Below, piece by piece: positions 29,024 through 37,896 of a stretch of 64,000 bases of DNA (position 1 is the first letter of the stretch; each line of letters opens with the position of its first letter). The notes under the pieces were generated by a model that was given only the letters and a program-made list of their open reading frames with translations, did no database searches and had not been told where the DNA came from. The DNA lies in IMG/VR virus record IMGVR_UViG_3300037484_000333, positions 1 through 64,000 of that record. One strand, written 5' to 3'. The stretch is from a virus (taxonomy: Duplodnaviria > Caudoviricetes). The position numbers and the translations under genes are program-made.

Positions 29024-29538
29024 TGCCTACAAAGTACCGTAAGTCTGACCTGACCTTGTTGGGTGTTAGGCCTACACCTATGGTACCAGCTATATCCACA
29101 AGGCCGAGGACCAGACGGATCGTGTCAATGCCAGCCAGGGAGCGCAGGCCACGTGGTAAAGAGTTTGGTATGGGTGCCCTTGAGATGCGAGCTATGCAGG
29201 GGTACGCAGGAATGACCATACTGGAGAGGATAGTAATTAAGAAGTTGTTTCAACTCTACGGTGAGGGCGGCTTCATCGTTCAAGAACCATTCTTTGGAGG
29301 CCGCATCATATATGGAGGGTTGGTCACAGACTTTGTAGTCATAGCGGTCTATCCACCCTGTGCCCTAGAAATCCAAGGTGAGTATTGGCACTCCAACCCA
29401 CTAGGTGAAGAGAGAGACCTCATGCGAAGACTGATGATAGAGAGTTTGGGGTACCGGTACGTGGAGCTTGAGGAGTGGGAGATAATGCTAGGGGATGACT
29501 ACTTGGAAAGCAGGATAGAGGAACTGGTAGGAGTATAG
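29023..29538 (+). CDS. DUF559/Vsr-like PD-(D/E)XK endonuclease
   Basis: DFVV...LEIQGEYWH...RDL.RR..IESLGY.YVE pattern. Confidence 0.65.
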   Translation: MPTKYRKSDLTLLGVRPTPMVPAISTRPRTRRIVSMPARERRPRGKEFGMGALEMRAMQGYAGMTILERIVIKKLFQLYGEGGFIVQEPFFGGRIIYGGLVTDFVVIAVYPPCALEIQGEYWHSNPLGEERDLMRRLMIESLGYRYVELEEWEIMLGDDYLESRIEELVGV

Positions 29539-29753
29539 TGGCAAAAAACCTACCAGAGTACCCAGAAAAACATGCAGCTTCCCACGGTAGTACCGACCTA
29601 CTAGCTATTCCAGACACCGTTGCATTACCAACTGCTAGTGCAAGTTATGCTGGAGTGTTTATGATCAACTCAGGAGGTGCTTTACAAGCTTTGTATGTAT
29701 GCCTGAGGTCGGCTGGCGGCACATGGAGTTGGAAGTTGGTTACGACAGGTTAA
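29538..29753 (+). CDS. Small hypothetical (probably virion) protein
   Basis: GTG start overlapping the upstream stop; LYVCLRSAGGTWSWK C-terminus. Confidence 0.5.
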   Translation: MAKNLPEYPEKHAASHGSTDLLAIPDTVALPTASASYAGVFMINSGGALQALYVCLRSAGGTWSWKLVTTG

Positions 29754-29786
29754 GTTGTATAATATAAGTAGAGAGGAGGGTAAGCA

Positions 29787-30026
29787 GTGTTCAGTCTGTT
29801 AAAGAAACTAAGGACTGACTTTGCGATCCCCATAGCTTTAGTGGCAGCTGTAGCCTTTGGTGGACCGCTAGTTGTCATCAGTATCAGAGGAGATGAGTAT
29901 CATGCACCACCACCTAATTCCGCAGAACAGCTTATCATATCAGACGGGTTTGGAGTGGGGACAATGGTTGACGTAGACGGTGATACCATGATGATCGCTC
30001 CTATTGATATAATGGTGGCCCCATAA
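29787..30026 (+). CDS. Small membrane protein
   Basis: SD GAGGAGG; one hydrophobic helix. Confidence 0.55.
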   Translation: MFSLLKKLRTDFAIPIALVAAVAFGGPLVVISIRGDEYHAPPPNSAEQLIISDGFGVGTMVDVDGDTMMIAPIDIMVAP

Positions 30027-30790
30027 TGGGGTGGATGAATTGGGCTAAGTACGGGACGTTACCATTATTACTGGGGGTTCTCTTCGGGGCAGCAGTACTT
30101 GATTGGAGTCATAACGAGTACTGGGGGAAGATTGAACCACAGCCTTCCTACCCGGTAGCAGCCATATACAATGGTGTTGGCACCGACACACAGATTCCCT
30201 ATTGGTCGGGGTTCCTGTCCAGGCCACTAGAGGAAAGATACCCATTGTACTACTGCTTGGATGGGGCTGGTTGGTCACAAGACGATCACTATGCCGCCTG
30301 GGATGGGTTGGACTCTGACTGGGGTTGGGGCAAGATCAACCGTACCATTGCAGTACAAATCCAGGAGCGGTGCGACGAGAAGGCACGAGTGACTGTTATA
30401 TTCAAGATGGACAGTGCGTTCGTGCAGAACTACTGCCAGCCCAATGCAGGGTTTACGGTAGTGGCTTGCGTATCGTTCGACGGTTGGAAGTACGTGAAGG
30501 ATGCAGACTTGTGGGAATATAGTACCGCCATAGTCCATGTGGAGCCGTACTACTGGGCGAGGTTGGACCACAACTGGAGGGAGCACGTCCTGATCCATGA
30601 GTTCGGACACGCGGGTCTGGCTCTATGGGACACACCTGCACAGGCTTGCGGTACCACCGTAATGGACTATACCTATGCGCCAAGTTGTGGGCTGTTGCCC
30701 TACCCTAGAGCTGCAGACATCGCCGTAACAGACGCGTTGTATGGACCTTATAGAGACCCAGCGTGGTACAAGTGGTTAAGAGATCAGTAA
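30026..30790 (+). CDS. Secreted/membrane-anchored metzincin-like Zn protease
   Basis: N-terminal hydrophobic segment; HEFGHAGLALWD and Met-turn TVMDY. Confidence 0.7.
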   Translation: MGWMNWAKYGTLPLLLGVLFGAAVLDWSHNEYWGKIEPQPSYPVAAIYNGVGTDTQIPYWSGFLSRPLEERYPLYYCLDGAGWSQDDHYAAWDGLDSDWGWGKINRTIAVQIQERCDEKARVTVIFKMDSAFVQNYCQPNAGFTVVACVSFDGWKYVKDADLWEYSTAIVHVEPYYWARLDHNWREHVLIHEFGHAGLALWDTPAQACGTTVMDYTYAPSCGLLPYPRAADIAVTDALYGPYRDPAWYKWLRDQ

Positions 30791-30801
30791 GGGGGTGAAG
30801 T

Positions 30802-31005
30802 ATGGAACCCAAACTGTGGTACCTAAGCAAGACTACCCTAGTCTCTATTGCTGCGATAGTGGTAGGAGCTGTGTCTGGCATCATTAACCTCATCACAGGC
30901 ACGGAGGTGTTTGGAGTTGAGGAGCAGACGTCTATCGTCTTCGTAGTAGGTGGACTAATTGGACTGGTATTGCGCTTTGTCACTAAGGAACCCATAACCC
31001 TGTAG
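30802..31005 (+). CDS. Putative holin
   Basis: 67 aa, two TM helices, WYLSKT N-terminus and LRFVTKEPI C-terminus, at the end of the late operon. Confidence 0.65.
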   Translation: MEPKLWYLSKTTLVSIAAIVVGAVSGIINLITGTEVFGVEEQTSIVFVVGGLIGLVLRFVTKEPITL

Positions 31006-31021
31006 GTGATGGTGATGGAGA

Positions 31022-31219
31022 GTGATAAAGCTTTGTCGCCACCTGCTGCTAAACCACTTTAGCTTTACAGACTTGAATGGGGTTAAGGTCCCTAAGATGC
31101 GGGAGTGTCTGAAGTGTGGCAACTGGTGGACATTGGAAGATACTGACAAAGGACCCCGTTGGAAGAAGTCCACTGCTGACATCTGTAACAGTATACGCCA
31201 GCACGACCTCCCCAACTGA
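31022..31219 (+). CDS. Small Zn-ribbon protein
   Basis: CxH and CLKC motifs. Confidence 0.45.
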   Translation: MIKLCRHLLLNHFSFTDLNGVKVPKMRECLKCGNWWTLEDTDKGPRWKKSTADICNSIRQHDLPN

Positions 31220-31226
31220 AGATAAC

Positions 31227-31283
31227 AAATAACACGGCACCGCAATTATGCTTTATGTTAGTTGCAGTAGCCGTGTTATTTTT
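31227..31283. terminator. Bidirectional terminator between the convergent late and early units
   Basis: 12-bp perfect IR AAATAACACGGC/GCCGTGTTATTT plus an imperfect inner stem; T-rich tails on both strands. Confidence 0.75.
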
Positions 31284-31296
31284 GGGCTCAGGTCCC

Positions 31297-31665
31297 TTAA
31301 ACCTGAGGGACTCCACGTATTGCCCTCAGTGCCTGCACCTGTCGTTTGGGAGATACCAAACCGTAGATGCTCATGAGAAAACCGCGAGCACGTGCGCCAT
31401 GTATTCTCCACTCGAGGATGTGCTGGGTATTGGAAAACGACGTTGGTGATGCGGGCTTCTGACGAACGCTGCCTCCAAACAGAGCCCTCATACGCTCAAG
31501 AGGCCAACGGTTCACTTGGCTGATGCATACCGATGCTGTTACCCTACCAGAAAGGTAGGCACAGCCTTCGCCCTCAAAGAACCCAGCAGCCCACCGAAAG
31601 TCGCCAGGTGTGGCTATCTCAGTGGGCGCTAGGTCAGGTCGTAATCTTCCTAGGTTAACTCCCAG
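31297..31665 (-). CDS. Free-standing single-motif LAGLIDADG homing endonuclease, probable CTG start
   Basis: The frame upstream of track ORF 31297..31515 encodes WAAGFFEGEG; in-frame TAA just upstream of 31665; no ATG/GTG/TTG before the motif. Confidence 0.75.
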   Translation of the reverse strand: MGVNLGRLRPDLAPTEIATPGDFRWAAGFFEGEGCAYLSGRVTASVCISQVNRWPLERMRALFGGSVRQKPASPTSFSNTQHILEWRIHGARARGFLMSIYGLVSPKRQVQALRAIRGVPQV

Positions 31666-31671
31666 AACTTA

Positions 31672-32058
31672 TCACACCTTATCCCCCTTGATCGGGAGCT
31701 TATCGCCTCCGCCGACTGCGAACGTCATGACACAAAGAGGGTTAGCAATCGACCCGCCAGTGGTAAAGACCACATCAACCTGGTTCCCCGCAGACAACTG
31801 TGTTCCCTTAGTCACAAAGTCGCTGGCAGGTGTGCTGGAGGTTAGAGTGAACGCAGCATCCAGAATGGTAGTCCCACCGTATTGAACGTCAATGCTTCCG
31901 GAGGTGCCAACTGTACCGCAGTCTACCGAGCAATGGACTAGTCGAGCCTTGGGAAACGGGATTGTGAAGCTGTAGGTGGCGGAACTAGACAAGGATAGTT
32001 CACCCCCTACACTGACCGTCCAGTATGATAGACCGTTAGATGGTGCTAGTGCAGCTAT
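31672..32058 (-). CDS. Beta-rich, decoration-like structural protein, apparent ATA start
   Basis: SD GAGGAGGT then ATA; in-frame TGA 9 nt upstream; 22 extra codons before TTG 31992. Confidence 0.55.
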   Translation of the reverse strand: MAALAPSNGLSYWTVSVGGELSLSSSATYSFTIPFPKARLVHCSVDCGTVGTSGSIDVQYGGTTILDAAFTLTSSTPASDFVTKGTQLSAGNQVDVVFTTGGSIANPLCVMTFAVGGGDKLPIKGDKV

Positions 32059-32059
32059 G

Positions 32060-32230
32060 TTATTTCACCTCCTCGCCTTCGTCGTTTGGATAAAGGAGGC
32101 TAAAGATGTCATGTAGCGGTACCTCTATCCTGTATGAACGACCATCTCTGTCCTCGGCTGTGACTATCAACAAGTCTTCACCTTCACGTAGCTTGACAGG
32201 ACACAAGATGATCGGTCTCACACTTACCAT
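32060..32230 (-). CDS. 56-aa hypothetical protein
   Basis: TAATG overlap with the upstream stop; MVSVRPIILCPVKLREG... Confidence 0.5.
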   Translation of the reverse strand: MVSVRPIILCPVKLREGEDLLIVTAEDRDGRSYRIEVPLHDIFSLLYPNDEGEEVK

Positions 32231-32988
32231 TATATCATAATCTTGAGTTTGCTCATGGCTATCTGCAGCTCGAAGGGGTTAGGACGCCGCTTCCTTTTGG
32301 CGATTAACTCGTCAACCTTCCGACCCTTAATTTGCTCATACATCTCCACAATAGACGAGACCCTCTTAATCCTATATGGTGCAGTCTCTCCTTGGTTGTA
32401 AGGCCTGTCTATTAGGAAGATGTTGTAGGCACCAGCGTAGCTCAGCTTTACGGTGTCGTCCAGGTTGTCGTTGAGGCAAGACCTAACCCAGAACAGGTGG
32501 GGGAGTACAGTTACATTTCTAACTCTCAGTACTGGTTTGTTGAAGCCTTGGCCTCTCAGCCACTCCTCAGTCTGTTCTGTGACGTTCTTATCGCCTGTGA
32601 CGAAGAACCTGGTAGTGGTGAATAGGGAGTCGCTGCCGTGAAGGATTGCTTGGAGGGCGACTCTGTCGGTTACCGACAGTTTGATAGGGGGGACTCTGAG
32701 GTAGAAATTGGGGGAGCTTGATATACTTCTAATGAGGTCTATGTTGGTGTAGTTTTTCCACCAATCATACTTTGTAGGTGGTAGGGGAATGTCAACCTTG
32801 AAGTGGCTCCAGGCATACTCTACTAAGGCAGTGGCGAAGTCAGCTACCACACCGTCAACATCTATACAGTTTACTCTGTAGGGAAATATAGGGTAGGCCC
32901 GACGAGCATAGTGGACCTTCAGTCCCAGCTTCTTCTCAGGGTAGGGGTGGTATCCTGATTTGTACCCTCTAGGCTCTGTAGAACTCAC
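32230..32988 (-). CDS. HAD-family 5'(3')-deoxyribonucleotidase-like phosphatase
   Basis: DVDGVVADF motif I; ...NDNLDD...IDRPYNQ motifs. Confidence 0.75.
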   Translation of the reverse strand: MSSTEPRGYKSGYHPYPEKKLGLKVHYARRAYPIFPYRVNCIDVDGVVADFATALVEYAWSHFKVDIPLPPTKYDWWKNYTNIDLIRSISSSPNFYLRVPPIKLSVTDRVALQAILHGSDSLFTTTRFFVTGDKNVTEQTEEWLRGQGFNKPVLRVRNVTVLPHLFWVRSCLNDNLDDTVKLSYAGAYNIFLIDRPYNQGETAPYRIKRVSSIVEMYEQIKGRKVDELIAKRKRRPNPFELQIAMSKLKIMI

Positions 32989-33871
32989 CGTTCACTACAA
33001 ATCCCTTCGCGTAGATCAATATTTGAGTGAGATAGAGTTTGTTGTCGTAGACCGTACCGATTACAAAGCCATGTTGCCAGTTTGTGGGCCTCTGCTTTAC
33101 CCAGTCAGGGTCTAGCCTGCAAAGGCAACCTTGTTCGAGCCAAGCGTGTTGTCCCCTAAGGTCTGTGAAAGAATAGCATCCAACTCTGTGGGAGTGGCCC
33201 ACAACGCCCGAACCTCCAACGGCAATTGCGTGGGCTCTTGCGGTTCCGGATGGAAGTGAGGATACCCTGGAGCCATGCGTGATAGCGAAACCAAGGTAGT
33301 CAAGAACGCCGCCATAGGGGAGGGAATGAATACCGAGGTCATCCAGGCCAATTGCTCGGTTAAAATTAATGAGACCTGCCAACTCTGGAGTACGCCTCGA
33401 AATATGTTGATCCCACCTGTCCTCATGGTTTCCATACAGGTAGTAGTGTTGGGCATTATTCCACCGCTCTCTGTGGTCAGTCATAAACTGCTTAAAGTAG
33501 TTAGTCTCTTGGGCAAAGTTGAACTCTCTTAGGGGGTTCTTGTTGAATACCGATAGACTGTAGACGTCAGCTATGTCGCCATTCCACACCATTACGTTGG
33601 GGTCGAAGTCATCAATGAATCTAGAAACTGCTGCCCAAATACGCTGGTCGTGGAACGGGTATTGGAGGTCTGATACTATTACTAGTCTGGTGTCGTCAGC
33701 AGAGCGCTTGACTTCCTTACGTACAAAGGTAGGTGGGTCCATAGGTGGCAGGGCAAACTTGCGTTCACGTCGTCGCTTGGCCTCACCACGGCAAGAGTCA
33801 CCACAGTACTTATCTTGATCCCTATAGGCGTCGAATTCTGCGCCGCATAGGGAGCATAATTTGATAGTCAA
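32969..33871 (-). CDS. Calcineurin-like metallophosphoesterase with N-terminal Zn ribbon
   Basis: SDLQ, GDIAD, GNHE, THG, GHSH motifs; CxxC...CxxxC. Confidence 0.85.
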   Translation of the reverse strand: MTIKLCSLCGAEFDAYRDQDKYCGDSCRGEAKRRRERKFALPPMDPPTFVRKEVKRSADDTRLVIVSDLQYPFHDQRIWAAVSRFIDDFDPNVMVWNGDIADVYSLSVFNKNPLREFNFAQETNYFKQFMTDHRERWNNAQHYYLYGNHEDRWDQHISRRTPELAGLINFNRAIGLDDLGIHSLPYGGVLDYLGFAITHGSRVSSLPSGTARAHAIAVGGSGVVGHSHRVGCYSFTDLRGQHAWLEQGCLCRLDPDWVKQRPTNWQHGFVIGTVYDNKLYLTQILIYAKGFVVNGEFYRA

Positions 33872-34071
33872 TCAATATTCAGCTCCTTAACTAACCTTAG
33901 TTCACGCCTTATGAAGCAAAAGGTACACAAGTCCACGTCTGTTCCAGTAGTGCACCCACCGGTTTGCGCCTCTATCCACTCCGTTACCCACTTGTCCAAC
34001 CACTGGTCAAGTTCAAAGGTCGAGAGGGTGTCATTTCCTATTCTACTTCGCACGTAATCACTGAACTTCAT
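33868..34071 (-). CDS. Hypothetical protein
   Basis: Abutting ORF in the operon. Confidence 0.45.
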   Translation of the reverse strand: MKFSDYVRSRIGNDTLSTFELDQWLDKWVTEWIEAQTGGCTTGTDVDLCTFCFIRRELRLVKELNID

Positions 34072-34618
34072 TCAGATACCCCTTTATGTCTTCCTCAATT
34101 ACTTCTTCAAGTTCCGGCATCCTGAACACACTGGCTGGATGGTAAGTAGCCCCGACCAACAGCCTGCCGTCATACCTTAGCATACCTCTGCACTGACCGA
34201 TGGCTATGTTGCCCATAAAGACTTTGGCCGCAGTCTCACCCAGGCATATAACAACCTTAGGATTGAGGAACTTCAACTCATTAAGGAGGTAGGGGGTACA
34301 GGCAGCAACCTCCAGGGGTGTAGGTGTTCTATTTCTACCCTCTTCATCGGTTGGTCTACAACAGACTACGTTAGTTACCCTAACATCTTCTCGTCGCAGG
34401 CCAACCGACCTGAGGATACGGTTGAGGATACCACCTGCTCGCCCCTGGAACGGTCGGCCAGTGTCTTCCTCGGTGGCTCCAGGAGCCTCACCTATTAGGA
34501 CAACCTCTGCATCCATAGGACCGTCGCCAGGTACGGGAATACACTGTAAAAGGCCACGATCTACTGCTTCCCGTTGAAGTGGGCAGGCTAAGTTGGAGCA
34601 GGAGGTTCCACGTAACAC
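34058..34618 (-). CDS. Uracil-DNA glycosylase family 4 (Fe-S)
   Basis: GEAPG, NVVCCRP...NRTPT..E...C, TYHPA motifs. Confidence 0.9.
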   Translation of the reverse strand: MLRGTSCSNLACPLQREAVDRGLLQCIPVPGDGPMDAEVVLIGEAPGATEEDTGRPFQGRAGGILNRILRSVGLRREDVRVTNVVCCRPTDEEGRNRTPTPLEVAACTPYLLNELKFLNPKVVICLGETAAKVFMGNIAIGQCRGMLRYDGRLLVGATYHPASVFRMPELEEVIEEDIKGYLNEVQ

Positions 34619-34944
34619 TATGCCGTCTTCTCCTTCAACGCTGTCCAGTACTTCTTGGTAATCAAGTCTGGACAGACCATCTTGTTGGCTGTAAACACTT
34701 GGTTCAGCCCATAAGCCAAACGCCTAATAGTATCCTCCCGCATCCCAAGTGATAGGTACCCATCCACCACATGAAGCAGTTCATGCAGCAGTAGGTGTAG
34801 CATCTCTTCTGGTGAAGAGTCTATCAGTACAATCTCTTTAAGCATGTGGTCTGCACAACCGCCATGCAACGCTCCAATCTCGGCTGGAGGCTGGGGAGCC
34901 CTGAAAATTTCCCAGGGTATTCCCAGTACTGTTATCGTTGTCAA
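34618..34944 (-). CDS. Small HExxH phage protein
   Basis: LLHELLHVV motif. Confidence 0.55.
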   Translation of the reverse strand: MTTITVLGIPWEIFRAPQPPAEIGALHGGCADHMLKEIVLIDSSPEEMLHLLLHELLHVVDGYLSLGMREDTIRRLAYGLNQVFTANKMVCPDLITKKYWTALKEKTA

Positions 34945-34966
34945 TGCAACCTCCTGGTTATATGTA

Positions 34967-35368
34967 CTAGTTAACGTTAAAACCTGATTCCATCTGAGGA
35001 GGTATGGCTTGTACCACTTTCACATCCCTGTTCCTCGGTCGAAATGCCATAAACTCCTCACCATCTGAATACCATGAGAAGGACAAACCGGATAGTACCT
35101 GGTCAAGTGCGGTATTGTAGGCCTCCTCACACAGCTCCAGGTACTCTGACTTGAACATCGGTACGAAGATGTGGGAGGTCGGGCTACCATGAACACAGCA
35201 AACTAGGGAATAACGCTCAGTCAGTTGGGCTGGAACTTCTGTCATCAGCTCGTTGTCCATAAGGACTAGGTCTGCTGAGTTATCCCCTAGTAGGATATTG
35301 GTCCGCCTTAAGCAGCTATCATCCCTGATTGGTGTTACTACTACCCAGATTTCCTTCGCCAAGATCAC
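34967..35368 (-). CDS. Hypothetical protein
   Basis: Contiguous ORF in the operon. Confidence 0.5.
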   Translation of the reverse strand: MILAKEIWVVVTPIRDDSCLRRTNILLGDNSADLVLMDNELMTEVPAQLTERYSLVCCVHGSPTSHIFVPMFKSEYLELCEEAYNTALDQVLSGLSFSWYSDGEEFMAFRPRNRDVKVVQAIPPQMESGFNVN

Positions 35369-35597
35369 GTCGGACTAGGTCCGATAACCTCTCCTTTAAC
35401 TCCTCCAAGCTAAGGTCTTCGGGAATATCTACTGGGAGTGGAGGATTTCCTAGTAAGACCTCTCTAGGTATTCCCACCTTTTCTAAAGTATATCCCATAT
35501 GCTTTAATTTGTCAAGTGATAAATAGCCAGGGTCATCTGGCAGGACTACCCAGCCACGCCCTGTGTCGTCAGTTACTATCAGGCGTCTCTTGGCCAA
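35319..35597 (-). CDS. Hypothetical protein
   Basis: TTG 35597 after AAGGA; fills the gap after the vWA gene. Confidence 0.45.
   Translation of the reverse strand: MAKRRLIVTDDTGRGWVVLPDDPGYLSLDKLKHMGYTLEKVGIPREVLLGNPPLPVDIPEDLSLEELKERLSDLVRRDLGEGNLGSSNTNQG
35487..35515 (-). promoter_or_regulatory. Sigma70-type promoter
   Basis: TTGACA-17 nt-TATACT. Confidence 0.7.
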
Positions 35598-36195
35598 GGT
35601 CGTCGTCCTTAGCGAAGAAGTCAGGAGTGGCACTTGGGTTCGCTGCCATAGCTGCAGCATAACAAACTGTGGCTCCTGCCAATCCTTGGTACATAGGACT
35701 TAGGCGATGTATCTTGTACCCTCTGGTGCTATGTTGGTGGACTCCAAGCTGAGACCCAACAGCCCAAGCATCTTGGTTAGCTCCCAAGTAGACGAACTCC
35801 CACTTGTGGTCTTCTTGTAGGTGGCCTATAAGTTCAGAGATTCTCTCTCTGGTAAACTTCTTGGAGTCATTCTCCAACCCATCGGTGATGACTACACAGA
35901 TTGAGGGGTCCCCAAAGTCGGCAGGTGATCTACCTTCTAGGATTCCACCAAGAGCGTCGTATAGAGGAGTCATCCCATCGGGGGCGTACTCCTTATCGGT
36001 CAGAGCAGTGGCCTGACTGATAGGACAACTCCTTCTAGGTAGGCAGTGGTAAGAGTTGAAGGTGAAGATGGTCAACCGCATATCCTGACCACCCTTTTGC
36101 AGGCCTTCGATGTACTCATTAAGGCCCTTGATAGTGTCGTCCCTACGTGGGGCCATCGACCCTGATTCATCTAATACTACCGTTACGTTAATCAA
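35569..36195 (-). CDS. von Willebrand factor A domain protein
   Basis: DESGSM MIDAS, GMTPLYDA, ITDGLENDS. Confidence 0.85.
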   Translation of the reverse strand: MINVTVVLDESGSMAPRRDDTIKGLNEYIEGLQKGGQDMRLTIFTFNSYHCLPRRSCPISQATALTDKEYAPDGMTPLYDALGGILEGRSPADFGDPSICVVITDGLENDSKKFTRERISELIGHLQEDHKWEFVYLGANQDAWAVGSQLGVHQHSTRGYKIHRLSPMYQGLAGATVCYAAAMAANPSATPDFFAKDDDLGQETPDSN

Positions 36196-36435
36196 CTATA
36201 TTTTCTCCTCTTCCTTAGCGTCAGCCTTATCACAAAGCTCTATCAGACGGTGGAGGCAAGGTAGGCATAGGTCGCCGCTACCCAGAAACGGTTGACTGCA
36301 ATATCCACACTCGGAGCAATCGTCGGGGAGGTACCCACCCCCACCATAACCACTACTGCCCGCCCTCTCTAACCAGTAGAGTTCTGAGCGTTCAGCCTTT
36401 GTTAGTCTTTCCCACCATTCCTTTGTGCGTTTCAT
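36196..36435 (-). CDS. Small Zn-finger protein
   Basis: CxxC and CxxC motifs. Confidence 0.55.
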   Translation of the reverse strand: MKRTKEWWERLTKAERSELYWLERAGSSGYGGGGYLPDDCSECGYCSQPFLGSGDLCLPCLHRLIELCDKADAKEEEKI

Positions 36436-36923
36436 GCTTCTACCATAAACTTGTGCTGTTTCTTACTATAATACCGGAACATTTCGAGTAGCTGAATTCC
36501 CAGCCTAGCGGGACAAGGACAGTAGTCGATGATGACCCCTTCATGCTGAATTGATTTCGCCATTCCTGACCAAGTTGCCCACCTAAGTCTAGGCTTGTCA
36601 CCATAAGAAGTCTTGACCCAACCATCTGGAGTCTCGCCAAGAATGCCGGTGACCAGTAGTATTGGTACAGGGTATGCCTCCTTAAGTCTAGATAGTTGGT
36701 CAGCCAACCTACTTACCGGTATGCCCTTACGACCCTTACCTAGAGCTGAGGATATGAGGTCTTCTCCAGTCTTCCTCTCTATACCTACAGTGGTTACTGG
36801 TGTTATCATCAGTATGTCGGCTGACGGCAAGGCTTCCTCTACTACCTCCAGTCCGGCTTTCTCAAGGTACTTACGGACGGAGGCCCTTAGGGCTTTAGGG
36901 TCGCGGGTGTCGAGGATAACTAT
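36432..36923 (-). CDS. ERCC4/XPF-family nuclease, apparent ATA start
   Basis: VILDTRD...LPSADI...GIERKT; ATA overlaps the upstream TAG (ATAG); in-frame TGA upstream. Confidence 0.75.
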   Translation of the reverse strand: MVILDTRDPKALRASVRKYLEKAGLEVVEEALPSADILMITPVTTVGIERKTGEDLISSALGKGRKGIPVSRLADQLSRLKEAYPVPILLVTGILGETPDGWVKTSYGDKPRLRWATWSGMAKSIQHEGVIIDYCPCPARLGIQLLEMFRYYSKKQHKFMVEA

Positions 36924-37162
36924 ACCCTTCGTAGCAAGTCAACATCCTCTACAGGAACAGCGACGAGGCGGTACTTACGATTGCGCCGGAACTTGCCCTT
37001 TATCGGATAAAGGGTGCACGCATTATCCCCATAGTCATCTCCAAGAACTATACAGTAACTCCCCCTTCGGGCAAGAAGCCCACCCGTCCTGCTAAACGGG
37101 TCAAGCAAGTCTCCTTCAAGCTTAGTGGTCTCATACGTTCCTAGATAGACTTCTTCAATCAT
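36920..37162 (-). CDS. Hypothetical protein
   Basis: Coupled ORF. Confidence 0.5.
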   Translation of the reverse strand: MIEEVYLGTYETTKLEGDLLDPFSRTGGLLARRGSYCIVLGDDYGDNACTLYPIKGKFRRNRKYRLVAVPVEDVDLLRRV

Positions 37163-37371
37163 CGGTACTCAGCCGCCTGACACCAAGGGCAACGACCACC
37201 ATAAAACTTATCGTCATAGCAGTCGTCGCATACCCACATACCACAGACTATGCACTCCCATTTGACTATCCTGATCCTGCAGAAGTAGCACTCAACCAGT
37301 GCAGTCTTAGGCTTGTCCATCGTTAGGGTTACCACGATCTTCCTCCAGTGGGAACCTGCCCCATAGACCAT
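37159..37371 (-). CDS. Cys-rich Zn-finger protein (true start probably later)
   Basis: Four CxxC pairs. Confidence 0.5.
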   Translation of the reverse strand: MVYGAGSHWRKIVVTLTMDKPKTALVECYFCRIRIVKWECIVCGMWVCDDCYDDKFYGGRCPWCQAAEYR

Positions 37372-37645
37372 TCAGCCACATGACCCATATGATGCCGTAG
37401 CCTGCTATGTCGATGGCGGTATCTTCTACTGACTCATCCTCTCCACTGACCTTGAGCAGGTTCCCCATCCTAGCCAGCTTGTCATTTAGCCTGACTAATA
37501 GGCCAAGCTCCCCACTCCTATTGATATTCTCATGACCATATTTGCGCTGGCGATCAATGAGGATCGGACGTACCCTTAGCCAAGCCCAGTCTATGGCGTC
37601 TTCATATGTCTTAACTGGTTTCTGCTCTACTGATACTACCGACAT
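37307..37645 (-). CDS. DUF1599-like nucleotide-modification-associated protein
   Basis: KYG..NI...GL.VRLNDKLAR...ESVEDT..DIAGY. Confidence 0.7.
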   Translation of the reverse strand: MSVVSVEQKPVKTYEDAIDWAWLRVRPILIDRQRKYGHENINRSGELGLLVRLNDKLARMGNLLKVSGEDESVEDTAIDIAGYGIIWVMWLNGLWGRFPLEEDRGNPNDGQA

Positions 37646-37896
37646 CTAAACCCCATCTTCCTCATAACCACTGGGCGAAAGACCCCGTCCCTAGACGGCA
37701 AGAACAGTATGGGAGCATTAGTCTCTTGTTGGACTTCTGGAGCGTCCTTATCTAAGAACTTGAAGAACTCTATATCATGGCCCCAAGCGGGGTCTAATTC
37801 TACTCCTCCGTAGTCGTTGTAAACTCTTTGTACTCTTCCCACCATGGTTTGACGGAAGCGTCGTAGGGACGCCTCCACGCCCTCCTTTTCGAGCAC
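37636..37896 (-). CDS. Hypothetical protein (start uncertain)
   Basis: ORF overlapping the end of the AAA gene. Confidence 0.4.
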   Translation of the reverse strand: MLEKEGVEASLRRFRQTMVGRVQRVYNDYGGVELDPAWGHDIEFFKFLDKDAPEVQQETNAPILFLPSRDGVFRPVVMRKMGFRCR

